A stretch of 64,000 bases of DNA from Bacteroidetes bacterium 24-39-8 (GCA_002256765.1 NCHJ01000002.1:225-64224); one strand, 5' to 3'. Shown: positions 10,020 to 19,717, counted from the first letter of the stretch. The notes: a model not told the origin generated them from the letters alone. Numbers and translations: made by a program.

Positions 10020-10545
10020 AACATTAGGATAAGTTGTGGAAAACCATCCAAAAGCGCCAATGGGTAAGAATTTCAGAAACCGGCTAAATTTGGGCTATAA
10101 ATTGGACCAGTTATAAGAGATAAAACCCAATATTCTTGGGTAAACCTTTTCACATAGGCCCGTGGATAAATGGTAAAACCGGTGGAAAACAGCCCTTTTT
10201 CTATTTTAAAAAGTGGAAACTAGTAGAATAAGTTTAGCCTTTTTTGACTAAAAGGGTAAAGTAAGAAATTTTAAACCATTCTATGAGCTCTTAATTAACA
10301 GTGCGGGAAAAGTGGATAGTGAAAATTTGTTCTTGTGAATTTGGTAATCCACCAATGTGGAAATACCTATTCAAATAGTTACTAGCACAAAGATTAACAA
10401 GGTTAATAAACTGTGAACTACAGTGAATAAACTAGAGATAATTAACTTTGTGCTTTGGGGATAACAAACTTATCCCGAAATCCACAGCCCTAATAGTAGT
10501 AGTTTAGTTTTATAAATAAGTATTATTAAATACTATTACCGTAAT
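10020..10545. other. Probable chromosomal replication origin (oriC)
   Basis: DnaA boxes (TTWTNCACA-like): 10035-43 (-, perfect); one mismatch at 10146-54, 10161-69, 10181-89, 10356-64, 10422-30, 10456-64; weaker ones at 10024-32, 10212-20, 10311-19. Overlapping pair TTATCCCGA/AAATCCACA at 10470-86, then GCC, CTA-ATA-GTA-GTA trios and an AT-rich stretch. Confidence 0.85.
10443..10450 (+). promoter_or_regulatory. Candidate -7 promoter element (TAACTTTG) upstream of nadA, inside oriC
   Basis: Exact TAnnTTTG match about 110 bp upstream of the nadA ATG. Confidence 0.4.
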
Positions 10546-10559
10546 TATGAACATTTAAA

Positions 10560-11546
10560 ATGAAAATATTGGAAAAAGGTTTTACAGACATTGAGATTGA
10601 TCCAAGTTTGGATTTATTTGCCGAGATTGAGCAACTAAAGAAAGAAAAAAATGCCATCATCCTTGCACACTACTACCAAGAACCAGATATCCAGGACGTG
10701 GCAGATTATATTGGAGATAGCTTGGGTCTTGCCCAACAAGCAGAACAGACCAATGCTGACCTGATTGTTTTTGCTGGTGTGCACTTTATGGCTGAGACTG
10801 CAAAGATTCTGAATCCAAGCAAAAAAGTATTATTACCAGATCTAAATGCAGGATGTTCTTTGGCAGATAGCGCTCCAGCAGGCCTTTTCAGGGCTTTTAA
10901 AGAAAAACACCCAGACCATTTAGTAGTTTCTTATATCAACTGCACCGCAGAAATTAAAGCCTTAAGCGATATTATTTGCACTTCTGGAAATGCCGTAAAA
11001 ATCATAGAAAGTATTCCAAAAGATCAACCCATTTTATTTGCACCTGATAAAAATTTAGGGGCTTATTTGAATAAAATTTCTGGTAGAGATATGCTCTTAT
11101 GGAATGGTGCTTGTATGGTGCATGAAATTTTTAGTCTAGAAAAAATTACCAAATTAAAAATCAGACATCCTCAAGCAAAATTAATTGCGCATCCAGAATG
11201 TGAAGATGCCATTTTAAGAATTGCAGATTATATTGGTAGTACTACACAATTATTAAAATATACTAAGTCTGATCATGCAAACGAATATATTGTAGCTACT
11301 GAAACAGGCATCTTACACCAGATGCAACAAGATAACCCATTAAAGACATTTATACCCGCACCACCCACTAATAACTGTGCTTGTAATGATTGTCCTCATA
11401 TGAAGCTAAATACCCTGGAGAAACTGTATTTATGTATGAAATATGAGTCTCCAGAAATTACCATGGATGAAACCTTAAGACTGGCTGCCAAAAAACCCAT
11501 GGATCGCATGTTGGCTATTAGTAGGGCCGCTGGATTATTGGGTTAA
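10560..11546 (+). CDS. nadA: Quinolinate synthase
   Basis: [44 protein letters not shown]. Confidence 0.97.
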   Translation: MKILEKGFTDIEIDPSLDLFAEIEQLKKEKNAIILAHYYQEPDIQDVADYIGDSLGLAQQAEQTNADLIVFAGVHFMAETAKILNPSKKVLLPDLNAGCSLADSAPAGLFRAFKEKHPDHLVVSYINCTAEIKALSDIICTSGNAVKIIESIPKDQPILFAPDKNLGAYLNKISGRDMLLWNGACMVHEIFSLEKITKLKIRHPQAKLIAHPECEDAILRIADYIGSTTQLLKYTKSDHANEYIVATETGILHQMQQDNPLKTFIPAPPTNNCACNDCPHMKLNTLEKLYLCMKYESPEITMDETLRLAAKKPMDRMLAISRAAGLLG

Positions 11547-11637
11547 AGCACTGAAATGGTTTTAGCGGGGTATAAAATGGGTGTTTTTTAAAGAAGACCT
11601 TCCCATAATTAGTCTAGTTTGGTCCTGAAATAAAAAA

Positions 11638-11676
11638 ACTAATAGGGTTAGTAAAATAAATACTAAAAAAATTAGT
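11638..11676. promoter_or_regulatory. Two tandem palindromic operators ACTAA-N5-TTAGT (putative SOS boxes)
   Basis: ACTAA-TAGGG-TTAGT at 11638-11652 and ACTAA-AAAAA-TTAGT at 11662-11676, about 50-90 bp upstream of recA. Confidence 0.75.
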
Positions 11677-11727
11677 TTATATTAAGGAAACCACTATTTT
11701 TACAAACCAATAGATAAAACACCCGTT

Positions 11728-12738
11728 ATGAGCAACGCAGAAAAACTGAAAGCACTGAAATTGACAATCGATAAGATTGATAAGGATTATGGCAAGGGTT
11801 CTGTCATGATGATGAATGAAAAAAGCCAGGATCCAATGGAAGTAATTTCCACCGGTTCAATTGGTTTAGATGCAGCGCTAGGCGTAGGTGGTTTACCTAA
11901 AGGAAGGATTATTGAAATTTACGGACCAGAATCTTCTGGTAAAACCACATTGGCTATTCACGTAATTGCAGAAGCCCAGAAAAAAGGTGGCATGTGTGCT
12001 ATTATAGATGCGGAACACGCTTTTGATAGTTCTTATGCTAAAAACCTGGGGGTTGATGTAGACAATCTTTTGATTTCTCAACCTGATTATGGTGAACAAG
12101 CCCTAGAAATTGCAGACCGTTTAATCTTGTCTGGCGCCTTAGACGTAGTGGTTATTGACTCTGTAGCTGCCCTAGTTCCTAAAAGTGAATTAGAAGGTGA
12201 AATGGGTGATTCTAAAATGGGTTTACACGCTCGTTTGATGAGTCAGGCATTGAGAAAACTCACAGCAACCATTAATAAAACCAACACTATCTGCATTTTT
12301 ATCAACCAGTTACGTGAAAAAATTGGGGTAATGTTTGGGAATCCAGAAACTACCACTGGTGGTAATGCCTTGAAATTCTATGCATCTGTTCGTTTAGATA
12401 TTAGAAGAATGACCCAAATCAAAGACGGAGACGCTGCCATTGGTAACCACGTTAAGGTGAAAGTGGTTAAAAACAAAGTAGCTCCTCCATTCCGTGCCGC
12501 TGAATTTGACATCATTTTTGGCGAAGGTGTGAGTAAACTGGGTGAAATCATAGATATGGGTGTAGAACTAGGTATTGTGAATAAAAGCGGTTCTTGGTTC
12601 AGTTATGAAGCCAATAAATTGGGTCAAGGAAGAGACTCAGTAAAAGGTTTATTGAGGGATAATCCAGAGTTGGCCAATGAAATTGAAGCAAAAATCAGGG
12701 CTAAAATCAACGAAGCAAAGGTTACTGTAGAAGCATAA
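11728..12738 (+). CDS. recA: Recombinase RecA
   Basis: [44 protein letters not shown]. Confidence 0.99.
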   Translation: MSNAEKLKALKLTIDKIDKDYGKGSVMMMNEKSQDPMEVISTGSIGLDAALGVGGLPKGRIIEIYGPESSGKTTLAIHVIAEAQKKGGMCAIIDAEHAFDSSYAKNLGVDVDNLLISQPDYGEQALEIADRLILSGALDVVVIDSVAALVPKSELEGEMGDSKMGLHARLMSQALRKLTATINKTNTICIFINQLREKIGVMFGNPETTTGGNALKFYASVRLDIRRMTQIKDGDAAIGNHVKVKVVKNKVAPPFRAAEFDIIFGEGVSKLGEIIDMGVELGIVNKSGSWFSYEANKLGQGRDSVKGLLRDNPELANEIEAKIRAKINEAKVTVEA

Positions 12739-12771
12739 AATAGTTTTTAAGACGGGTTAGTAAGTATCAAG

Positions 12772-12795
12772 AGGCCACCATTAGGTGGCTTTTTG
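12772..12795 (+). terminator. Rho-independent terminator after recA
   Basis: GCCACC-ATTA-GGTGGC followed by TTTTT. Confidence 0.7.
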
Positions 12796-12905
12796 GTGTT
12801 TTGAAGTCTCAAAAAATACTATTTGGCCAATTTATACGTTCTAAAGCCAATAGAAATTAAAAGTATTATTTAATAGAGGCTTTTAACCCACCCTCCTAAC
12901 CGTCA

Positions 12906-14090
12906 ATGAAAGCAAACTCCTACATCCCTGCCCTAACAGGCGTAAGAGCCATCGCGGCATTTTTGGTCTTTTTTCATCATTTTAATCAAGCAGATTTTAT
13001 TTATCCTATTCGTAGAACCCTAAATGAATTTCACATGGGGGTAACTATGTTCTTTGTCTTGAGTGGATTCTTGATCTGTATGCGCTATTATGATACCTGT
13101 GAACTGAGTAGTGATTGGTTTAGAAAATATATCAAAAACAGGATAGCCCGAATCTATCCCATGTATGCTTTATTAACCTTGTTCACTTTCTTAATTGCCT
13201 TTACTTTTGGAGCAGAACCCAGTGTGATGGCGGGTTTTGGATCTCCAGTACTCTTGGTTTTACTCAATATTTTCTTTGTCCGCGGTTTCTTTGATGACCT
13301 CAAATTCACCGGGGTTGGTCAGGGATGGTCCCTAACCGTAGAAGAATCCTTCTATTTTCTTGCCCCCCTCTTCTTTGTGAAAATGAAGAAGAATATGCGC
13401 AATATAGTATTGCTTCCCCTCCTTTTATTGGGAGCCGGCTGTCTCTTGGTGCTAATCTTTAGCAATTTCAATTTCTATGGCTTTTTTGGTAATTTTACCT
13501 TCATGTTCCTCTATACCTTCTTGGGAAGGTGCGTGGAATTCTTCATTGGTATGGGTCTTGCCCTAATCATCCTCAAAACCAGTGAAGCCGATAGAAAAAC
13601 ACCCCTGTTCACTATTTTAGGTATTCTTGGTATAGCGGGAAGTATTGGTATTATGGCTTCTTTACCCCTTAATGGAAGAGAATATGGCTTGTATCACCCA
13701 TTTGGCATTTTTACAAACAATGTGGTATTGCCCATTGGTATAGCCTTGTTTTACTTTGGGGTTATTAAAGAAGCTTCTATAGTTAGGCGCTTTCTTTCAA
13801 CTGGCACCATGCAATTACTAGGTAAAAGTTCTTATATCTTCTACCTTTTGCATATTGGTGTCATTGCCAATTTTACCAAGGAATGGACTTGGGTTGGCAT
13901 TGATAAAACGTTCAACTGGATGTATGATCATGGAATGGACTGGTTCCCCGAAAATGTAAATGACACAATGCTCTATATTGGCATAGTATTTATTGTATTG
14001 AATTTAATTTCTATTGTGCTGTATAAAGGAATTGAAGAACCGGTTAATCTGGCCATTAGAAAATCCAGGTTATTGGAGAAAAGGAAATAA
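12906..14090 (+). CDS. Acyltransferase family 3 (OafA/OatA-like membrane O-acyltransferase)
   Basis: LTGVRAIAA..VFFHH, GVTMFFVLSGFLI, RIARIYP, WSLTVEESFY, LGKSSYIFYLLH, and about 10 TM helices. Confidence 0.92.
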   Translation: MKANSYIPALTGVRAIAAFLVFFHHFNQADFIYPIRRTLNEFHMGVTMFFVLSGFLICMRYYDTCELSSDWFRKYIKNRIARIYPMYALLTLFTFLIAFTFGAEPSVMAGFGSPVLLVLLNIFFVRGFFDDLKFTGVGQGWSLTVEESFYFLAPLFFVKMKKNMRNIVLLPLLLLGAGCLLVLIFSNFNFYGFFGNFTFMFLYTFLGRCVEFFIGMGLALIILKTSEADRKTPLFTILGILGIAGSIGIMASLPLNGREYGLYHPFGIFTNNVVLPIGIALFYFGVIKEASIVRRFLSTGTMQLLGKSSYIFYLLHIGVIANFTKEWTWVGIDKTFNWMYDHGMDWFPENVNDTMLYIGIVFIVLNLISIVLYKGIEEPVNLAIRKSRLLEKRK

Positions 14091-14097
14091 AAACAAC

Positions 14098-15843
14098 ATG
14101 AAAAGGGTTTTTTGTTTTATTCTGTTTTTACTGTTGCTGGCCACTAATGGCATGGCCAATAATGTTGCGGCCCCAGGTCAAGTAGAAATTGGTATATCAC
14201 CAACCGAAAAATCAGGCATTTTCAATTATAAGAAAAGGATCAAATACAAGCTTGATATTAAAAACGGTACCAAGGTAGATCAGGTAGGTACATTGTATTA
14301 TGAACTCAAAAGTGTTGATGGTGAATCCCTTTTAGAAAGGGTTTTTGATATTAATATACCCTCTAAGAAAGCCATTAACAATGACTTTGAAATACCATTT
14401 GAAACACCAGGAGCTTATCTGATTAAATTCACGGTTGTTTTAAACAAAGTAAAAAGAGAATTTAATTTCAGTTTTGATTTTGTAACTGGAGAAAAACCGG
14501 ACAAAGTTGCTGAAAGAGCCGCCAATAAAAACAGCAAGGAAATGTTTGATGCTGAATTGGACGGTGAAATGGAGGGCGAAATTAAAATAGCCATGAAGCC
14601 GTCTAATATTGACGGAATTTTTGTAGGAAGATCCAATATTCATTATGATGTGAACCTGCAAAACACCTACAAATTGGCTCAAACCGGTACCATTGGCTAT
14701 CAAATCAAAGACGCCATTCATGGTAGAGTGGTTTCAGAAAAAATCTTTGACCTTAAGCTAGCCAAGAGAAGTAGTAAAAGACTCAGCTTTAACATATCGC
14801 CTCCGGTAAAACCAGGCATTTATAATATTGAAGTGTCTATAAACACTACTACTTATGATGATACTACTCACTATACTTTTGGATATGAAATAGGACAAAT
14901 GACCAGCCCTTTTCATAGGCCTGATGATTTTGATGATTTTTGGAAAGCCGCTATGGAGGAATTGGCTACTGTGAATCCAGCTTATAAAATTGAAGAAGAC
15001 TTTGAAAAAAGCACGGCCAAACACAAAGTGTATAGGGTAGAAATGTCTTCTTTGGATGACGTTAGAATCTATGGTTGGTTGAGTATACCTACAACTTTAT
15101 TGGGTAGTAAATTTCCGGTCTTAGTGGGTTATAGTGGTTACCATGTAATGTTGAAACCACTTTACTTTGATGAGTTTGCCAGCTTTATGCTCAATGCAAG
15201 AGGGGCAGACAAAGAAGCCTTTAAAGAACTCAATCCAGAGAATATTGAGATGATTGTCTTTAATGTGCACGACCCCATGAAATATATTTATAGGGCCATG
15301 TACATGGATTGTATTAGGGCCGTTGATTTTATTTTTGCCAACGAAGACATGGGCTTTGATCTAAAGCGCGTGGCTGTTTTTGGAGGTAGTCAGGGTGGAT
15401 CACTTTCTTTAATGGTGGCAGGTTTATTGGGCTCTAAAATTCAAACCTGTATGGCGGATAACCCTACTTACTGTGATTTTCATTTAAACATGGAAATGCA
15501 GGATAATATTAGAGAGGAGTCCTTTATTATTAAAAACTTTAATCGCTATTTAGACGAGAATAAAAATACCATTTCAAAGGAAGATTTGTTAAATAACCTC
15601 AGTTATTTTGAGATTCAAAATTTTGCACCAAAGATCAAGTGTTCTGTTTTGTTAGGTATTGGTTTATTGGATCCCTTGGCTCCTGCCGTAACTACTATTG
15701 GCATGTATAATAAGCTGAATCCAGAAGTCATTAAAATGAGTGAAATCTATACTTTCCCTGAACTGGCTCACGAAGTACCCGATAGACACAATACATTCAA
15801 GAGTATTTGGTTCTATGAAAAATTAGCAAAGGGAAAAAAATAA
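14098..15843 (+). CDS. Secreted acetylxylan esterase-like (CE7/AXE1) protein with two N-terminal Ig-like repeats
   Basis: Likely ATG at 14098 with a signal peptide. RPDDFDDFW, DCIRAVDF, nucleophile motif GGSQGG, GLLDP and AHE. Confidence 0.85.
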   Translation: MKRVFCFILFLLLLATNGMANNVAAPGQVEIGISPTEKSGIFNYKKRIKYKLDIKNGTKVDQVGTLYYELKSVDGESLLERVFDINIPSKKAINNDFEIPFETPGAYLIKFTVVLNKVKREFNFSFDFVTGEKPDKVAERAANKNSKEMFDAELDGEMEGEIKIAMKPSNIDGIFVGRSNIHYDVNLQNTYKLAQTGTIGYQIKDAIHGRVVSEKIFDLKLAKRSSKRLSFNISPPVKPGIYNIEVSINTTTYDDTTHYTFGYEIGQMTSPFHRPDDFDDFWKAAMEELATVNPAYKIEEDFEKSTAKHKVYRVEMSSLDDVRIYGWLSIPTTLLGSKFPVLVGYSGYHVMLKPLYFDEFASFMLNARGADKEAFKELNPENIEMIVFNVHDPMKYIYRAMYMDCIRAVDFIFANEDMGFDLKRVAVFGGSQGGSLSLMVAGLLGSKIQTCMADNPTYCDFHLNMEMQDNIREESFIIKNFNRYLDENKNTISKEDLLNNLSYFEIQNFAPKIKCSVLLGIGLLDPLAPAVTTIGMYNKLNPEVIKMSEIYTFPELAHEVPDRHNTFKSIWFYEKLAKGKK

Positions 15844-15853
15844 AATCAGCATC

Positions 15854-16675
15854 ATGAATAAACAATTGGCTTTCTTTTTGATGATCATAGTGCTTGGGTT
15901 TTCCCATCAGGCAAAAGCCGACTGGCCTGTAGGTAAACACAGGTGGATTTTAACTCCGTCTTATACTTATTCTCAGTCTACTAAATTTTTTAATGCAGAT
16001 AGACAATTAGAAAACTCTCCTTTTAACGGAAAATTCTCTTCACACACTATGAGCTTATATGGTGTGGTAGGGATAGGCAGAAAAACCGACTTGGTTTTCA
16101 ACGTTCCCTTTGCTTCTGTAACTTCTCAAAACATCTTGGATAAATTTACTCACGCTGGTGTTGGTGATACCTATGTAGGATTTAACTTTCACACACCATC
16201 CAAAGATTTAAAAAAATACTTTACTGTAAAAGTGGGTGCCATTATCCCCTTGTATAGCAATACCACCGAACCTTATCTAGGCTTGGGATCTAAAGGATTT
16301 TTTATAGGATCAAATTATTCCTTCAATGTTAAAAAGAAAACCTTTGCTATTATTGAAGGAATGTTCACCCGCTATATTGACCAACAAGACGGCCCCAATA
16401 AATTGAACGTGAATTTGATTTATGGTATGGAGTTGCCCAAATCAAATCTCTTGATTTTTACCCTGAACCATGAAAACTCCTATAGCGCGGACAAAACCTT
16501 TACTGCCAACTTGAATGCCAACAAAGATTTTATGTTTGGTTCTGCAGGCGTAACTTATGGTAAGAAAATTAGTAGAACCCTAATGCCAACGGTCAAAGCC
16601 TTTTATACCATTTATGGTAGAAATGCCGGACAGGGTGTGGGTATTGCGTTTTCTATGGCCATCAAAATACCATAA
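15854..16675 (+). CDS. Putative outer-membrane beta-barrel protein
   Basis: Signal peptide (..QAKA) and alternating hydrophobic/aromatic strands throughout. Confidence 0.55.
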   Translation: MNKQLAFFLMIIVLGFSHQAKADWPVGKHRWILTPSYTYSQSTKFFNADRQLENSPFNGKFSSHTMSLYGVVGIGRKTDLVFNVPFASVTSQNILDKFTHAGVGDTYVGFNFHTPSKDLKKYFTVKVGAIIPLYSNTTEPYLGLGSKGFFIGSNYSFNVKKKTFAIIEGMFTRYIDQQDGPNKLNVNLIYGMELPKSNLLIFTLNHENSYSADKTFTANLNANKDFMFGSAGVTYGKKISRTLMPTVKAFYTIYGRNAGQGVGIAFSMAIKIP

Positions 16676-16684
16676 CTTCTTGTT

Positions 16685-17620
16685 TTGATTTATTTTTTGC
16701 TTAAACCAATTATCAGACTAGCGCTTAGGATTTTTTGTCCGGGAATCATTGTTCCATCAAAAGCAACCATGGCTATTAAGGGTCCGGTGTTGATTTGTGC
16801 CAACCATCCCAATTCTTTTCTGGACGCCATTATAGTTGCAGCCCTATTTAAAGAGCCCATTCATTTTTTAGCTCGTGGCGATGCGTTCAACAAACCCTGG
16901 CACGCCAGCTTACTCAAACTCTTGCATATGTTTCCTGTGTATAGATTAAGCGAGGGAAAAGAAAACCTAGGTTTGAATGAAACCGCTTTTGAAAACAGCA
17001 GAAAAATTTTACGCAAAAACGGGATTGTTTTAATTTTTATAGAAGGGATTTGTTTAAATAAAAACAATTTGCAGCCTTTTAAAAAAGGCGCTGCGCGCAT
17101 TGCATTTAGTAGTTGGAAAGAAGGTATTCCATTGCGTATTTTACCCATGGGGATTGCCTATGATAGTTTTAGAAATTTTGGAAAAAAAATTGCTATACAA
17201 ACCGGTCAACCCCTTGACCAAAAAGAGTTGCATTTGTTTGAAGAAGACGCACTGAACTTTAATCATTTTAACAAAGAACTTTTCAAAGCTATTGAACCCC
17301 TAATTATCTCCCCAAAAATAGCTTTGCAATTTCCAGCTTGGTTACAATCGGCAGCAAGTTTGGGTACCCTGATTCATCTGCCCATTTATAGACTGATTAC
17401 AGCCTTTGTTGCAAAAAAAACCAAGAATACCGTATTCTACGATTCCGTACTTTTTGGTGTTTTGTTTTTTGGATATGGTATTTTTCTAATTTGGGTGGCC
17501 TGGGTTATTTGGATGATTACGCACCATTGGATCCTGGCCCTTTGCTGGCCCCTATTGCTTCCGCTTTTAGCCTATGCTGCAGTTATGAAGAAAATTAATG
17601 AACGGGCAGAATTGGGTTAG
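16685..17620 (+). CDS. PlsC-family glycerol-phosphate acyltransferase
   Basis: NHPNSFLD, FLAR, IFIEG, FKKGAAR, and a C-terminal TM pair. Confidence 0.88.
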   Translation: MIYFLLKPIIRLALRIFCPGIIVPSKATMAIKGPVLICANHPNSFLDAIIVAALFKEPIHFLARGDAFNKPWHASLLKLLHMFPVYRLSEGKENLGLNETAFENSRKILRKNGIVLIFIEGICLNKNNLQPFKKGAARIAFSSWKEGIPLRILPMGIAYDSFRNFGKKIAIQTGQPLDQKELHLFEEDALNFNHFNKELFKAIEPLIISPKIALQFPAWLQSAASLGTLIHLPIYRLITAFVAKKTKNTVFYDSVLFGVLFFGYGIFLIWVAWVIWMITHHWILALCWPLLLPLLAYAAVMKKINERAELG

Positions 17621-17652
17621 TTAACTTTAATCTTGGAACTATAAAAGAAGTT

Positions 17653-18120
17653 ATGGCAAATTTAAAAAAACTGGGCAAGCGTAAAAGAATTGCTCTGGTT
17701 GCACACGACCACAAAAAAGCAGACCTCATTGAATGGGCCATATTTAATAAAGTAGAGTTGGCCAAACACGAGTTGTTTGCTACGGGCACCACTGGAAAAT
17801 TAGTAGAAGAAGCACTTGACAGACCCGTAAAAAAATTATTGAGTGGACCACTAGGTGGTGACCAGCAAATTGGTGCCATGATTGCCCAAGGAGAAATAGA
17901 CGTGATGTTGTTTTTCTGGGATCCCATGGAAGCTCAACCTCATGATAGCGATGTTAAAGCACTATTGAGACTTTGTGTGGCTTGGAATATTCCCATGGCC
18001 TGTGACAGAGCAACAGCTGATTTTATCATGACTTCTCCATTTATGCACGAAGAATATTTGGCTGCCCAGCCTGATTATACGGGATACCTTAATAGAGACG
18101 TAAAGGAGGATCAAGACTAA
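17653..18120 (+). CDS. mgsA: Methylglyoxal synthase
   Basis: IALVAHDHKK, ATGTTG, SGPLGGDQQIG, QPHDSDVKALLR. Confidence 0.97.
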   Translation: MANLKKLGKRKRIALVAHDHKKADLIEWAIFNKVELAKHELFATGTTGKLVEEALDRPVKKLLSGPLGGDQQIGAMIAQGEIDVMLFFWDPMEAQPHDSDVKALLRLCVAWNIPMACDRATADFIMTSPFMHEEYLAAQPDYTGYLNRDVKEDQD

Positions 18121-18124
18121 GCAA

Positions 18125-18622
18125 ATGGAACTTAGACCATGGCGCAAACAAGACGCCCAAGCGCTTGCCGTAATTGCCAATAATAGGAATATTTGGAACA
18201 ATGTAAGAGATAGGCTTCCCAATCCCTATACGGTAATGGATGCCCTAGAATGGATTGGTCATATTAGCCAACAAAAACCCGTACAAAATTTTGCCATTCT
18301 GGTAGAGGGAATTGTGGTGGGTAATATTGGTGCCGTTTTGCAGGAAGATGTATATAGAAAAACCATAGAGATTGGTTATTTTGTGGCCGAACCGCATTGG
18401 GGAAAAGGCATTGCTACAAAAGCCGTTGCATTGTTTGTAGCTTATGTGGAACAAGCGTTTGAACCTTTAAGAATTTACGCTGGTGTATTTGCGCATAACA
18501 AAGCCAGTATGGAGGTCTTGAGAAAAAATGGGTTTCATTTAGAATCCATTAAAAGAAAAGCCGCCATTAAAAATGGACAAGTGCAGGACGAATATGTTTG
18601 GGTAAAATTGATCAATTACTAG
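18125..18622 (+). CDS. GNAT acetyltransferase, RimJ/RimL type
   Basis: EIGYF..HWGKGIAT and NKASMEVLRKNGF. Confidence 0.9.
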   Translation: MELRPWRKQDAQALAVIANNRNIWNNVRDRLPNPYTVMDALEWIGHISQQKPVQNFAILVEGIVVGNIGAVLQEDVYRKTIEIGYFVAEPHWGKGIATKAVALFVAYVEQAFEPLRIYAGVFAHNKASMEVLRKNGFHLESIKRKAAIKNGQVQDEYVWVKLINY

Positions 18623-18650
18623 GTTTCTTTATAAATCATACAACCAACAC

Positions 18651-19712
18651 ATGGATAATCCAATTCAAAACAATAGCAAACACCTGATTGAACTTATTAT
18701 CCGCCTTGCGGCCCTTTTTCTGTTGGTCTTCTATTGTTTTCAATTATTGTCTCCTTTTATTATGCCTGTATTGTGGGCGGCCATTATTGCGGTGGCTGTT
18801 TATCCCATTCATCAATTTTTAGAAAGGAAAATGGGAGGTAGAAAAACACTGGCCTCCGTATTATTAACCATTGCCATTTTGGCTTTCATTTTTATTCCTG
18901 CCGGCTTGTTTTTGGCTTCAATCACAGATACCATTGTAGACCTCAAACAAAAAATTGAATCTGGGAATATTAGTTTGGATCACCCCAATGAAAATATCAA
19001 GAACTGGCCTTTGATTGGAACGCAGCTATATGATTTTCTGCACAACCTATCTAACCAAATGATCACTATTTTCCAAAAATATCAGACCCAAGTGTTGGGT
19101 ATAGCTAAAACCATTCTCATGGCCATTGTTGGAACAGGCATGAGTTTTTTACAAGTAATTTTTTCTATTATCATTGCCGGTGTTTTGCTAGCTACCAATG
19201 GAACAGAAGCTGCTATGGGAACCATTTTCAACCGCATGGTGGGTAACCAGGGTACCGAATATTTACAACTCACCACTTCTACTATTCGCTCTGTTGTAAA
19301 AGGGGTTTTAGGTGTGGCTGTGATTCAAACCCTATTAGCTGGTTTTGGTTTTTTTATGGCGGGCATTCCACATGCAGGCATCTGGGCGGTTTGTGCATTG
19401 GTGCTTTCAATTATTCAAGTGGGCCCGGGATTGATAATCATTGGTGTGATTGGTTATCTCTATACCCAGGAGAACCATTTTTTTGCCACCGCTTGGACCG
19501 TCTATTTTGTGTTGGTGATGTTTTCTGACAATATTCTCAAACCCATTTTATTGGGTAAGGGTGCTAGGGTTCCTATGTTAGTCATCTTTTTGGGTGTGAT
19601 TGGGGGCTTTCTATTACAGGGTTTTATTGGGTTGTTTACTGGCGCTATTGTCTTATCCATTGGCTATAAATTATTCCTGTTATGGATGCACGACCATAAA
19701 ATAGTATCTTAG
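18651..19712 (+). CDS. AI-2E family transporter
   Basis: WAAIIAVAVYP, DNILKPILLG, GVIGG..GFIGLFTG. Confidence 0.9.
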   Translation: MDNPIQNNSKHLIELIIRLAALFLLVFYCFQLLSPFIMPVLWAAIIAVAVYPIHQFLERKMGGRKTLASVLLTIAILAFIFIPAGLFLASITDTIVDLKQKIESGNISLDHPNENIKNWPLIGTQLYDFLHNLSNQMITIFQKYQTQVLGIAKTILMAIVGTGMSFLQVIFSIIIAGVLLATNGTEAAMGTIFNRMVGNQGTEYLQLTTSTIRSVVKGVLGVAVIQTLLAGFGFFMAGIPHAGIWAVCALVLSIIQVGPGLIIIGVIGYLYTQENHFFATAWTVYFVLVMFSDNILKPILLGKGARVPMLVIFLGVIGGFLLQGFIGLFTGAIVLSIGYKLFLLWMHDHKIVS

Positions 19713-19717
19713 AAACC

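Noticed and set aside
10020-10545. Intergenic repeats as a CRISPR array or ncRNA
   Set aside because: The repeats are 9-mers in both orientations with irregular spacing, which fits DnaA boxes rather than repeat-spacer units.
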